From Octopus vulgaris (lineage: Eukaryota), in the NCBI GenBank assembly GCA_951406725.2, contig OX597825.1, positions 49,290,001 to 49,354,000 of the forward strand: DNA of 64,000 nt. The letters run 5' to 3'. The position numbers and the translations under genes were made by a program. A model generated the notes under the pieces. It made no database searches. It was not told the origin of the DNA and saw nothing but the letters and a program-made list of their open reading frames with translations. This document shows, piece by piece, positions 29,620 to 41,928 of the stretch. Every line of letters begins with the position of its first letter. The first letter of the stretch is position 1.

Positions 29620-30650
29620 TAGTTACTCGTGCAGCGCGACAACTATCAACATTACACCATACTGGGCGTTCCAGAATTAACTATCTGATTCAATGAAATT
29701 GAGCAAATAAAATAAAAACACTCTTAATTTTATGTTGATTACCAAAACAGATTTATAAATCTTACATCAATCCTTTATTGAAAAATTTCAGTATATCTGC
29801 GTCCCTGAGTACTTCAAACATTTCCTTAGCATTGTGAAGAATATTTTGAAGCTTTTCAAGATTTAGCTCCTGCACTGCTAACCGAATGTGTCCTTTAAGC
29901 TCAGCTAAACGATTGCTCCATCTTGTGGATGGAGGTACAGTAAAGGATTGCTGCCAAATTGAAAAAAACGCTGTCATGGACAAATAAGAGGGATCGAACA
30001 GGAATGAAAGTAAAATTATAAACGAAATCCAAACTTTATTCACTTTTAAAACATATTAAATATGATAAACAAAAATAAAAGTGAGTTGTTAAAAAAATGC
30101 ATGCGATTTCATTCAAATCATCATTTATTCTGGGACACCCTTTATGTACTCGTCCGACTAAATGGGAGAGTGTACACAGGACTAATTGTAGGTGGTGAGA
30201 GTAGCTGCCGGAAGTGGTCACGCAGTGAAACTCAAATGGTTGTGATTTATAACAGTAGTTTGATTTGTGGATAAACATTTTGCACTAGATAATTCAGACA
30301 TGGATGACATAAAAAGCAGACATGCCACCGGGCCATGCTTCGTTGCCCTTGACTGGAAAACTGAAACATCAAGAGGGCACCTCTATTTAGTCAGCAGCAA
30401 TTCTTTTTAATCAGTAGCAATTCGATATGTCTGGTTACGTTTCAAGTTACGGGACTTACATCTGCCTAAATGCCTTTAAAATGCGGTCTATCTGCCTCGG
30501 TGCCCGCATTAGGCAAGAAGCTGAAAATTACTTTGGTCCATGACACTGCATGGACCCTATGTAAGGCATGTATAAAATTCCATTAAAATCGGTTAGTTGA
30601 ATTTCGAGTTATAACGATACGACAAACACACAGACAGACACACATCCTGT

Positions 30651-30660
<10 letters not shown>
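29620..30660 (-). mobile_element. Possible Helitron-like element containing a hAT-transposase-like fragment
   Basis: The minus-strand 5' end atatataaac..gtctgtctgtgtg..aaccgattttaatggaa resembles the 23766 Helitron start. There is a degenerate hairpin+CTAT at ~29620-29640 and an internal peptide PSTRWSNRLAEL. Confidence 0.35.
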
Positions 30661-30687
<27 letters not shown>

Positions 30688-30982
30688 GGATATCCCTTCA
30701 TCAGAGACGATATGAGTTAGCTGGAGGGAAATCCCTAATATCCTTGAAACAGCTGTAAAACTACTTTTATCTCTATAAATGTTCTATAAATTCCACAAAA
30801 TCTTGGTTTTGTTGTCTCATTTTAATTAACATATAGATGCTCACACAAGACTCGAATTAGACTCCTCACTCGTATTATTGTCGCACAGTTTTAACTACGC
30901 CCCCTCCCCCGTCGCAATTACATAGCCTTACCCACCATCTTGCGTCTTCTGGATACCAATAGCTCCCATACCCCCCCCCCCC

Positions 30983-31030
<48 letters not shown>

Positions 31031-32001
31031 CATACTACAATGCATATATAAAGTGGTATATAACTGTAATGTATGTCTGTATGTATGTATGTGTGTATGT
31101 GTGTATGTATGTGTGTGTGTCTGAGTGAGTGATTGTGTGTGTGTATGTATGTAGGTACGTGTGTTGGGTGTTCTGAGCAGAAAAGAGGCATACATTATAG
31201 TAAGCCGAAAGCATGATTTCAGATGGCATGTTGCATAAACAAATAAATCAAGTAATAGAGTATTATCTTTACAACCGATTCGCATAATGAAAGACTGTTG
31301 GAAAAAGAAAAGTGGTTATAAAAAGGGAAATAGTCTAGAGAGGCTTGATCGAAAAGAGACCTATGTGAAGCGAAAAAGAAATTAAAAAAGGGAAATCTAG
31401 TGGATGGTCAGCATACACACAAACAGACGTGTAGTATGCAACAAGTGATAGTCAACATGAGGACTTACAAAATGACGTAAACACAGAAATTATAAAGACG
31501 GCAAAATGTGTCAGTTGCGTCGAGAACAAAAATAAGTAAGATGGAAGAGGGCAGATGTATTGACGTTGGAAGAGAGGGAGAAGAAATGCTATGAATCTTT
31601 GTAGTTATATAGCTAGCAGAGTTTCCACTAACTATGTTTCAACGACAAAAAGTAGCGAGCTATGTAATCTTAGTTGAGCTAGTGGCAGAGATGGATTTTG
31701 AAGTAGCATAATCGTTATGAAGAATTAGTAGTTCGAACTTGTTTTTCAGAATAATCTTTCGCAAGAAATTTTCTCAGAAAAAGCCCTAATGACGAGGACC
31801 TGCTTATAGTGATTATTGAAAATGTCCTCATTGGTGCATTCATTGTTTATCCAACACATTAAGCAAACCATGACTTATTACTTGGTTAGACTTTTAACCA
31901 ATTGACCAACAACGAAGAAGTGATAATGAATCACTGCGTGTGTTAATTATTAATGGTCTAGCGTAATGACACTCTCAAGACAATATACGTAATATACATA
32001 C

Positions 32002-32094
<93 letters not shown>

Positions 32095-32106
32095 ATATAT
32101 ATATAT

Positions 32107-32455
32107 CGTCGGAATCCGTCCGTCTCGAGAGGCGATGGTGTAGCTCGGAAAAGGTGGTGGGATTATCTGCACTTCCTGGTGTGACTGTGCAGTCCAGTCA
32201 CCGAGTGGCAGTCTCTACCACATCTTTTCCTCTTCCTGTTGAGCTACAAGGCCTGGGCAGGTTTGTATGAGGGTTCAGCTGTTGCCTATGCAGTTTGATC
32301 CCACCCTCTCCACGCAGCTGGTAGCTCCAAGGGAACGACGGGTCGATACAGCTTGGTACCAGATGCGTCGCATGAGTTGCCGGTGATGATGTGTTGTGTC
32401 AGGCCGCCTTAGGGACTCCAGCTCCTGATTTTCTGTCGGGGTTTACTTCCGGCTA
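32107..32455 (-). mobile_element. Bipartite non-autonomous RTE derivative (5' UTR segment fused to 3' end)
   Basis: Minus strand: gtaaacccc..aaatcaggagctggagtccctaaggc..ggcaactc..cagctgcgtggagaggg..ggcaacagc (RTE 5' UTR-like). This is joined to CGRDCHSVTGLHSHTRKCR* (RTE C-terminal C2H2) and a catcgcctctcgagacgg tail. Confidence 0.65.
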
Positions 32456-32461
32456 TGACAG

Positions 32462-32504
<43 letters not shown>

Positions 32505-32505
<1 letters not shown>

Positions 32506-35144
32506 TATTGGTGAATTGAAGAAATGGAGCTGAACGCAGATTGAACAGAAATCGTTTTATTTCATTCTACACGTGTTTCGAAAGGCACAAATTACCAAAA
32601 TCCGATGGAATAATGGGACCATATTGTGTCTTTCTCTTCAGGAAGAAAATAGGAAATCCGTTGGAAAAACAAAAACAGAACAGAACAGAGGCGGAGCAAA
32701 AACAAATTAATAGAATGGGCATGAGTATAGTTTTTGATAATGAACTCACCAAGGCTAATTTCCTAGACGTTACACTTAACCTTAATAGCGGCTCATACTG
32801 CCCTTACCATAAGCCTTCCACTAATTTGAAGTATGTCAGTGTCTTCTCAAATCATGCCAAAACCGTAACAGACAATTTGGTTAAAAACATCTCTCTAAGA
32901 TTGTCTGGCTTGTCCGCCAGTGCCGATATTTTTATGCAGAAAGCGGAATTTTATAACGCCGCACTATCCAAGGCCGGTTATAGGCAGAAGGTAATTTATA
33001 TTGATCCGGCCCTTCCGATGCCATCATTCGGTCATCAGGATAGGGCCGTATATAATAACATTAACATTTTAAGTAAGGACGGGAGCGCGGTGGATGCCGG
33101 GGTAGTCGCTCCCGCATTTAATTTAGCGAACAAGGATAATTATCGGTCCGGGAGGTCTTACACTAACCCAAGACCCGTTATTCATCCGAGAATCACCCAC
33201 CCGAATGCGAGAGCTGGCGTCCCGACCCATCACACTGATAGGAATAAGCATATATGGTTTGTAATCCCCTTTGGTAAGCAGATTAGAACTAACCTCCCCC
33301 CTCATGTTTAGACAAGCCATCGCCAATAACTTCCCCAGAAATTCCAAATATTACTCCACGGTTAACTCGCATAAAGTTAGGATAGCTTTCTCCAACACTA
33401 AAAACCTCGCCCAGATAATCGCCTCCCATAATAATAGGCTACTTACTAAGACCCTATCACCTTTTTCCGGAGGCACAGCCTCTTCCGCTCCCGGTTTAAT
33501 GCTCAGTAGGAATAATTATAGTAGTAATAATGATATGAGAGCCAGTACAGTGACACATAATCTCAGCTCCAGCCAGGAGTACCCACTAGGGGTATAGTTA
33601 TAAATAGGGGTGTTGTGGTTGACGGTAACAATGGGAGTAGGGTAGAGAGCCCCAATAGCATCCCCAGCATCATTTCCCGCAATAGCAGCACCACGGGCAG
33701 TAGCAATGACAGCACTTTGATAGATAGTGGAGAATCAGGGGTTATTCCTATAGTTAATAGTGACGTAGTGGAAAATAGAGTAGTAAGCGGCTGCAGGTCT
33801 CGGAACGAATATAGTGACAGGAGCGCAGTTCTAATTTCAGAAACTAATCCTAGCAGAATTAGATTCACGTCGGCGAACTCCAAGATCAAAAACGCCGTCT
33901 ACCAATGCAAGGTTTACACGGACTCAGATGTCTTCACTTATGTAGGGGCCTCATCCTCAAGATTGTCTTTGCGTGTCTCCAACCATTACGCAACTTTTCG
34001 GGACATGAACAAGCGCCAGACCACGGGACTCAGTAAGCTAATATGGCGACTGAAGGATACGAACTTAAGCTACAGGCTGGAATGGTCAATTTTGTCGGTG
34101 GCCCTCCCATTTGATAGGGGCAGAAGGCAGTGCAACCTTTGTGTCTCCGAACTCTTCCATATTTTGTTTGCCAGAGGCCGGATGGTAAACGGGCTTTTAC
34201 AGTCGGCTTTTCGATGCCCCCATTGGCGGCGTTACACTTATCTGGCTTTTAAATAGCGTTTATAAATAATACCGGCACCCATAGCCCTTGGTAACAAATT
34301 CTGAAATAGCCTTTAAGATATCTACGATTAACCACTGCAAGGGGAATTACTCCTGTAAGACAAACGGGGCTTGGTTTTTTCACAGCGGGGGGTTTCCTTG
34401 ACAAGGCAGGCTTAGATGAACACACACACACATAAAACATGATATATATATATTTTCTTTCTGCCACCCAACGGTTATCACGGCAGTAGCCACTGACAGC
34501 CGAACGATCAAACGCACACACGTACACAAAAAATGTTTTCTACCCCTACGCCAACACACACATATATAGAACAGTATACACACACACACGTCTCTAAGTA
34601 GATTTTTTCTCGCCCCTTATAAAACATCCAATATTCCTTAAATAGTCAGAACTTTATTCTCGGTCACAAAGAACATCTACGCACCCTCACCCACATGATT
34701 GACCGATGCCTGACCCGTTGAATTCTTCAGCCACCGGTTCTCAACATACACTGATAAACAGTTTCGCCATGGGCTCTTAGGAGCATAGTTCGATTTGTTT
34801 TTGCTCCGCCTCTGTTCTGTTTTTGTTTTTCAAACGGATTTCCTATTTTCTTCCTGAAGAGAAAGACACAATATGGTCCCATTATTCCATCGGATTTTGG
34901 TAATTTGTGCCTTTCGAAACACGTGTAGAATGAAATAAAACGATTTCTGTTCAATCTGCGTTCAGCTCCATTTCTTCAATTCACCAATAATGTTCTAATT
35001 TCAATTATCCGCACCAACGCACGGTTGCAACACCATATGGTTGTACCTCCAACCGTGCTGTTTTACTGCTGTGATTTTTGCTACTAAGGTATCGGTTAAA
35101 CTTTTGATTAATCTACTACAAGATTATTCATCTTTCTATTTCAC

Positions 35145-35147
<3 letters not shown>
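32505..35147 (+). mobile_element. Penelope-like element, 5'-truncated, with inverted 5' pseudo-LTR and 3' pseudo-LTR, embedded in (TA)n
   Basis: ANFLDVTLNLNSGSYCPYHKP..YVSVFSNH and IWFVIPF (RT thumb); NAVYQCKV..TYVGASSSRLSLRVSNH..TTGLSKLIWRLK..CNLCVSE..CPH (GIY-YIG). 32505-32706 is a near-perfect reverse complement of 34793-34990. Confidence 0.93.
34845..34936 (+). ncRNA. Type I hammerhead ribozyme in Penelope pseudo-LTR (reverse copy at ~32560-32650)
   Basis: ttc-CTGAAGA-gaaagacacaa...ttgtgcctttc-GAAAC-acgt-GTA-gaa: intact core, GUA cleavage triplet, palindromic stem III (ACACGTGT). Confidence 0.85.
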
Positions 35148-35209
<62 letters not shown>

Positions 35210-38200
35210 ACCAGTTTATAACGTACAGTTTGTGTATCATATGTATTATAGTATTTGTTCTTGTTTACACAATATATATTATTACCATTGTTTATATACA
35301 GTTAGTTATTGCATATTTCGTATTTTACAAGGTATACCTTATTGGATAACTACTAAAGTATATGGTATGAGTTGGAGCACATGTGCTATTTGTTTCGTAT
35401 GAGTTATACAAATAAGATTAATAATTGTTTGAGTTCAATCAAACCAATCTTTTTGATAACATCTTTTCAAAATTTCTGAACCTTATGTATATCTTTAATT
35501 TGCAATATTTTAAAAAGAAACTATATACGCTGTTGTTGAGATATCTATATTCATATTTGAATGAAGATGAGAAAAGTGAATAAACAATAAATTGGACTTG
35601 ACGCAATAAAATGTAAATTAGCCATCGATATGATTTTACGCAGTGAAAATCACTGAATAATATAAATAATTCAGAGTCGATGTTCTATTTCTGCTTATGT
35701 GCCTATCTCACACAGGAAAAAACGAATAGAAATATTAATAACTTAATGTCTACATCCATTAGTCATATATAACCATTGAAATTTATGCTGGAAAACTGAA
35801 ACGATACCCTGGAAAACACTCGAGTAATTTAAATAATGCATAAATACTTCTATAACTTTCTAACTTTCAACAAATAATTTAGAGTCAAATAAAAATGACT
35901 CTCTGTGAAATAAAGTATTTGAAATTAGGCTTCTTTAAGAAAAATTTTCATAATAAAAAATTCTACAACAATTCGACCAACTTCTATTCTATTTATTTAC
36001 TTTTGATTTTACATGATGCATTTTGTTTTATGCAAAATGTTAAAATTAAAGGTTTATATGCATGAATAATACAAGCTTGTTAAAACTTTTGTGAAACGAC
36101 AAAACTTGTTACCAACCAAAATTAGTAATTTTTAAAATAGACAAACAAGAACATGATTTTTCACATAGCGTCTTTGTTTCTATTCCATGCGTTTTTCACA
36201 ATAATAGCATGATTTTAGGTTACGTATGTGTGTGTTTTAGTGAGTTCTTTGTCTCTGTTGTTTATCTTTCTATGGGATTTGGCTGTTCACTCTATAAGAT
36301 CATATAGAAAATCAAGATTCCAACGGAATCCTATTCTGAATCTATATTACATAAGGAGTTTCCTTCCATACAGACTATTCTTATAATTCATTTTTCGCTT
36401 CGGAGAACGCAGATTATTGGAAACAGTGGAATAACTTTGCGTATTTAATTTCGGAAAATTAAAATGTGTTCAAAATTCATTGGAAGGAAAGTAACGTTCA
36501 TTGGTTTCTTTATTGTATTTTCTGTACAGAAATATCCTTGATTATGTCATTAAAAAATGTATAGTCTTCCAGTAATAACATTATCATGGTGGCAGAGTAT
36601 CGTTATTTTAGAAAATATAATCAATTTTTGCATATCATCGCTGGCTGGTTCAGATGGTACTATCGATTTATAGGTCAATGTGCTTATGTATATGTCGCTT
36701 TCACATATGGCTTACCAAATGTTACACCTTTCGATTCGACAGTGATACTTAATTTGTAAGATGTTCTCATAGGGCTCTCCTTGGTTTCATTAGTAAAAGA
36801 ATTATATTGTATCTCTTTAATATCTCATTTTTAGCCGAAGACTTTGCTTACTTGTTACTTATATGCAAAAAATATGTATGTTTCTGTATCACAAGGATAA
36901 GGATTTCAGAGCTTATCCCTTTCCACGTATTATTGCTCCTCCCACTTTGCATGCTCTCAAAACAGTATGCTAGATAAATCAGCTGCTAGATATATTGCTA
37001 GTCTATCTCCAATTGTTTATCAGACCTCAGTAAATAAACTGAACACCGAAATCGAAGGAAGGATGCCCTGACAGTTCAGCAAATCTGTATCTATTTCCGC
37101 TCATTAATTATGCTACATTATAATAAGTATAGAAAGTGTTGTGCCCGGTAGACTGTGTATAGAATTTGGAGTCCAGACTGGACAGAGGCTATGGAATCAA
37201 GAATTACCAACTTCGATTTCTGTGTTATCAACACAATATTATTCGAAAGTAGACAGCTAAAAGGTTCTAGAAACAATAAAATGATGCATGTCCATTCCAA
37301 TCCGGTTTTGGATAACGTTCACAGTACACTTAATCCGTTATGCAGATAAGAAAAAATTCTTCACTTTGTTCTCACATAGCAGTAAGAGTTGAGTCAAAAT
37401 ATATCGTCGTTTTGATAACACTGTTCAAGTGCCTTCTCGTTTGTGTTTAAGGAAAGGCAATAAGTTCACAACTTCCTCTTCACATCATTGTCAGAATTTT
37501 ATATTATTGTCGGATTTTCTGATTTGACTACAATACAGTTTGTACCAACATATTTTATCCCGCACAAGATTCTCATTTATTTTCATGAACAAAAGGAATT
37601 TATCCCAATCTCAGAACATAAAAAACCACACTCCCACATGAACACATATCAACCGCCTCAAACATTATCAAGAGTACACGTTTAAAAAATGTACTTGGAA
37701 AGTAGATTAAAAACGAAGTTAAGAAAATGTTATTGCAATTTATTAGAACTTTCAAAACTTGTTACTAAGGTGGGCGAGTAAAGTTTTATATAAGTTTGAT
37801 ATTAAGTCGTTAAGACAGTCTCAAGAATAGCAAAGGTAATTGCTTAATGTATTGCTTCGCAGAAAATAATGCTACAAAACGTCTTATAACAATACAGAAT
37901 AAAACATAAATAAACTTGACAGATTATTCTAGAATATACCGGGATTAAAGGTTAAAACAATTATCTCCACAATTGTATTCACTCATCATATGTTTGATTT
38001 TCAACTTTGATATTAAACAAGACTAGTTATTTGAAGTGATCTGCATATGTCATTACATGGTGGACAAATTTTGGTTTCCTTTACCAACTTAGCATTTAGT
38101 TTGTGATTATTTAGTGCGCATAAGATATTTCGTTGCGATTCAAACACAAAGGTTCCGTAAACACAGGAAAAACACTCCACTTAAACCCCTCTTTCCTGTT

Positions 38201-38984
38201 CCTTTGTGTACCTACTACATACACAAATTCATCCAATGTAAATAATTTTCCGATCACGACAATCCGATGAGAATTCTGGAAGTTCACCTTTATTTAAATC
38301 ATGATTACACTCTTGTGCTCTACATATACAGTGGCTCCTACCCTTACAGACCATACAGTATTTGTCTTTGTGAAAGGTTGTACATAAAGGTTTCAATGAA
38401 TTATATTACTCACATATTAACTGAAGTTGCTGGGAGGACGTGAGGAAATTATAACACACGCAGGGACAAAAATTAAATTACGGCGATTGCAACAACAGCA
38501 TGAAGGACAAGAAGTACATCAAAAGAACCAACACGACTGCTTGACTGCTGCAAACACTAACCTAAACATATTAGGCGCAAAATAAACAAAAAAAAACGAA
38601 TAACTGATGGAATAATGCAAGCATAAAATTATATATGCGTGTGTGTGTGTGTGTGTACATGTGTGTGGAAGAGATACTGTGTTTCAGAATAGTTGTGAAA
38701 TGAGTACATAAACTTACAGACAATAAAGTCCTAGCCAATACTTCTCGTAGTCATCTATAGTGACCGGATATTTTGTGGTCGCAGACAAATTTTTACATGG
38801 ACTCAAAATTGCTCTACCTCTGTAGATATGGCAACTTCTGAAAATTCTCTAGTGCCCACTCATAACCACTAGTTAAAGAGTAAATAATGTCACTGGCTTA
38901 GGATTAACTGTAGTATTGATAGGGTTAAAACTGTGAACTCGGGAAAGAAACCAGGTTTGTAGTTCCAAAAGTAGGTTATGTACA

Positions 38985-39649
38985 TTATATCATATTTCTG
39001 AGGAAGTCATACCGCAAGTGATTAGCATTTGCATAAAAAGAAAAACAAGGGGCTATCTCCCTATGCGACACGACGCTATTGCAAAAACTATATGCAATGC
39101 CATTCGGAAAGAGAGACTGCCTTGGAATAAATATAGAGAAATCCCTTATTATTGAATACATATTTAGACATGCTGAGAAACTGCATGAAGATGAAAATAG
39201 TGAAGTACTAGGAAGTAAGAAAAATAAGATGTTGTGGGACTTCGACATTCAGTCTGACAGAGTAATAGAAACTAGAATGCCTCATTTGGTAGTAGTAGAT
39301 GAAGAGAATAGAAAGTGCCAGGTAATTGATTTTACAATACCAAATGATGGCAAAGTTAATATAAGTATAAAAAATAGCAACATACCAGGACCTAGCTAAC
39401 GAATTACAGAGACTGGAAAGTGTGGGTAAAATGTATCGCAGTAGTTATAGCTGTATTGTGAAAATATACTTAAAGATTTGAACAGATGGATAGAGGAAAT
39501 AGGCGTAAAGTCCAGTTTAGTGCAGCTTTGGAAAACAGTATTATTAGGGACAGCTGGGATACTTAGTTCTTGTCATCTATTTTTTATTGTAGACCCATGT
39601 TACAATTTTTTTTGTTTTCGAACCGTCTAATCTGTTGAGTGTATATGAA

Positions 39650-39650
<1 letters not shown>
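38985..39650 (+). mobile_element. Old R4/Dong-like 3' fragment, family C
   Basis: KMLWDFDIQSDRVIETRMPHLVVVDEENRKCQVIDFTIP and VQLWKTVLLGTAGIL; followed by (TAG)n. Confidence 0.8.
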
Positions 39651-39711
<61 letters not shown>

Positions 39712-39719
39712 ATAACAAC

Positions 39720-40283
39720 ATAACACTTCCAATCAGTTAAGATGAGAATCCGTGGCTTTCATGGCTTCCTTTCTTAATTGATTGGGAGTGTGAACATATA
39801 CATAGGTTTTCCTTGGTATAATAGATGGGCTACAGTAAATATTCTGCTCAATACCACAGATTTGCTTGTCAGTTGTTTGACCTTAACCACTTGAGCATGT
39901 CACTTAGTCGCTGATGATAAAGGTATCTCTGGTCACAAGAAGAAGAACTGGGGGATATCATAGCCATGTGTTGAGAGGTATTCTTAAGGGATTTTGATAA
40001 TACACCTTTGGAAACATGGGTTTTTCGTTCAACATCCTTAAACAACTCTTATTCAGGGAACTTTTGAGTCGGATGGGCTACTCGATATGAAGAAAATTCT
40101 AACTGGGCCCCACCTACAAGGTCATGCGCTGTTTATCTTGATATGAGTTCACCATGTCGCGCACCTACGGTTGTAATGCATCAGTCTGGTGTATCTTTAT
40201 CAGATGGATAGTCGTAATGGGTATACAGGGCTTCGTGTATTTTATCCCAGTGTCACTTTGATGACAAGCACTAGTTTTTACTC
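39720..40283 (+). mobile_element. ~530-bp (TAA)n-associated non-coding retroelement, copy 1 (5' end inverted)
   Basis: Colinear with the copies at 45911, 46656 and 63194; ends ...actc followed by (TAA)n. Confidence 0.8.
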
Positions 40284-40284
40284 A

Positions 40285-40442
<158 letters not shown>

Positions 40443-40470
40443 TATAATAATAATAATAATAATAATAATA

Positions 40471-41248
40471 AAGCTCAGGACTCAAAGCAGAGACAGAGGG
40501 ATTTTTAATTGCAGCACAAGACCAAAGCCTCCCCACCAGAAATGATCAAAAACATGTAATGAAAAGATATATAACAAGTAACTGCAGAATATGTGGAGAT
40601 GGACAAGAAACAATAAATCATATTCTCTCTGGCTGCCCAGTCCTGGCTAAGAAGGAATATATTCACAGACATGACAGAGTTGGAACCTACATACACTGGA
40701 ATCTATGCCAACATTATGGAATAACAACAGAAAAAAGATGGTATAGGCACACACCAGAAAAGGTCACAGAAAACGAGAAAGCAACCATACTCTGGGATAT
40801 GCCGGTACACAAAGATAGAGAAATTAAGGCCAACAGACCAGATATAGTTGTCCGAGATCATGATGAAAAAAATGCTTTCTAATTGATGTATCAATACCGG
40901 CAGATGACAACGTGTCTCTAAAAGAAATGGAGAAACTTTCAAAATACAATGACCTGGAAATAGAGTTAACTCGAATGTGGAATCTAAAAACAGAAACAAT
41001 TCCTATCATAGTAGGTGCATTAGGCATGATAAAAAAATATTCAGACAAATACAAAACAAAAACAACAGGACTTACAAACACATATAACATACAGAAAATT
41101 GCACTACTAGGCACTGCATACATCCTACGCAGAACACTTTCCATACAATAACCATCAGAGCATCACAACAAATCACAGCACATACCCAAGGCACACAGAG
41201 CTGCGCTCGGTAGTGGAGTGAAAGCACGCTATAAAAATAAAACTACTG
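40471..41248 (+). mobile_element. 5'-truncated R4/Dong-like LINE, family A, copy 2
   Basis: Highly similar to 28225-29002; flanked on both sides by (TAA)n. Confidence 0.93.
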
Positions 41249-41254
41249 AATAAA

Positions 41255-41345
<91 letters not shown>

Positions 41346-41517
41346 GTTCTATATTTAAGAGATGTGGAATTATGTACATTATTTACATTCGACAAATATT
41401 TGTCCTCATCTTGTTTTTTGCTAACACAACGTTTTGGCTGATATACCCTCCAGCCTTCTTCAGGTGTCCTGGGGGAAATTTCGGACCTAGGTTCTCATTG
41501 TTAAGGTATTTTTCGAA

Positions 41518-41565
<48 letters not shown>

Positions 41566-41583
41566 GTTATTAGTATTATCATC

Positions 41584-41640
<57 letters not shown>

Positions 41641-41649
41641 ATTATTGTT

Positions 41650-41724
<75 letters not shown>

Positions 41725-41808
41725 GTTGTTGTTCAGGTCACTACTTGAAATCTTGGGATTAGTAGCCCATGCTCTTAACCCAAGGGCATATGGCGTAGTG
41801 AGCTGCCC

Positions 41809-41810
<2 letters not shown>
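41346..41810 (-). mobile_element. Composite SINE: tRNA-like head + internal (AAT)n + hammerhead-containing tail
   Basis: Head ggttaagagcatggg-ctactaa-tccca, with the A-box part gggcatatggcgtagtg locally inverted. Tail gacac-CTGAAGA-aggctgg-agggtata-tcagcc-aAAAC-GTT-gtgtt at 41423-41468. Confidence 0.6.
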
Positions 41811-41860
<50 letters not shown>

Positions 41861-41886
41861 TTAATAATATTAATATTAATAATAAT

Positions 41887-41927
<41 letters not shown>

Positions 41928-41928
<1 letters not shown>

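Noticed and set aside
36600-37340. Possible Ig (CTVN-YPKP-LEW) and FN3 (TSYKLSITV) motifs on the minus strand
   Set aside because: The Ig motif needs two assumed frameshifts within a few codons and the FN3 match is very short; insufficient support.
41734-41800. Functional tRNA gene
   Set aside because: The T-arm/B box is missing and the 5' part is inverted; treated as a SINE head.
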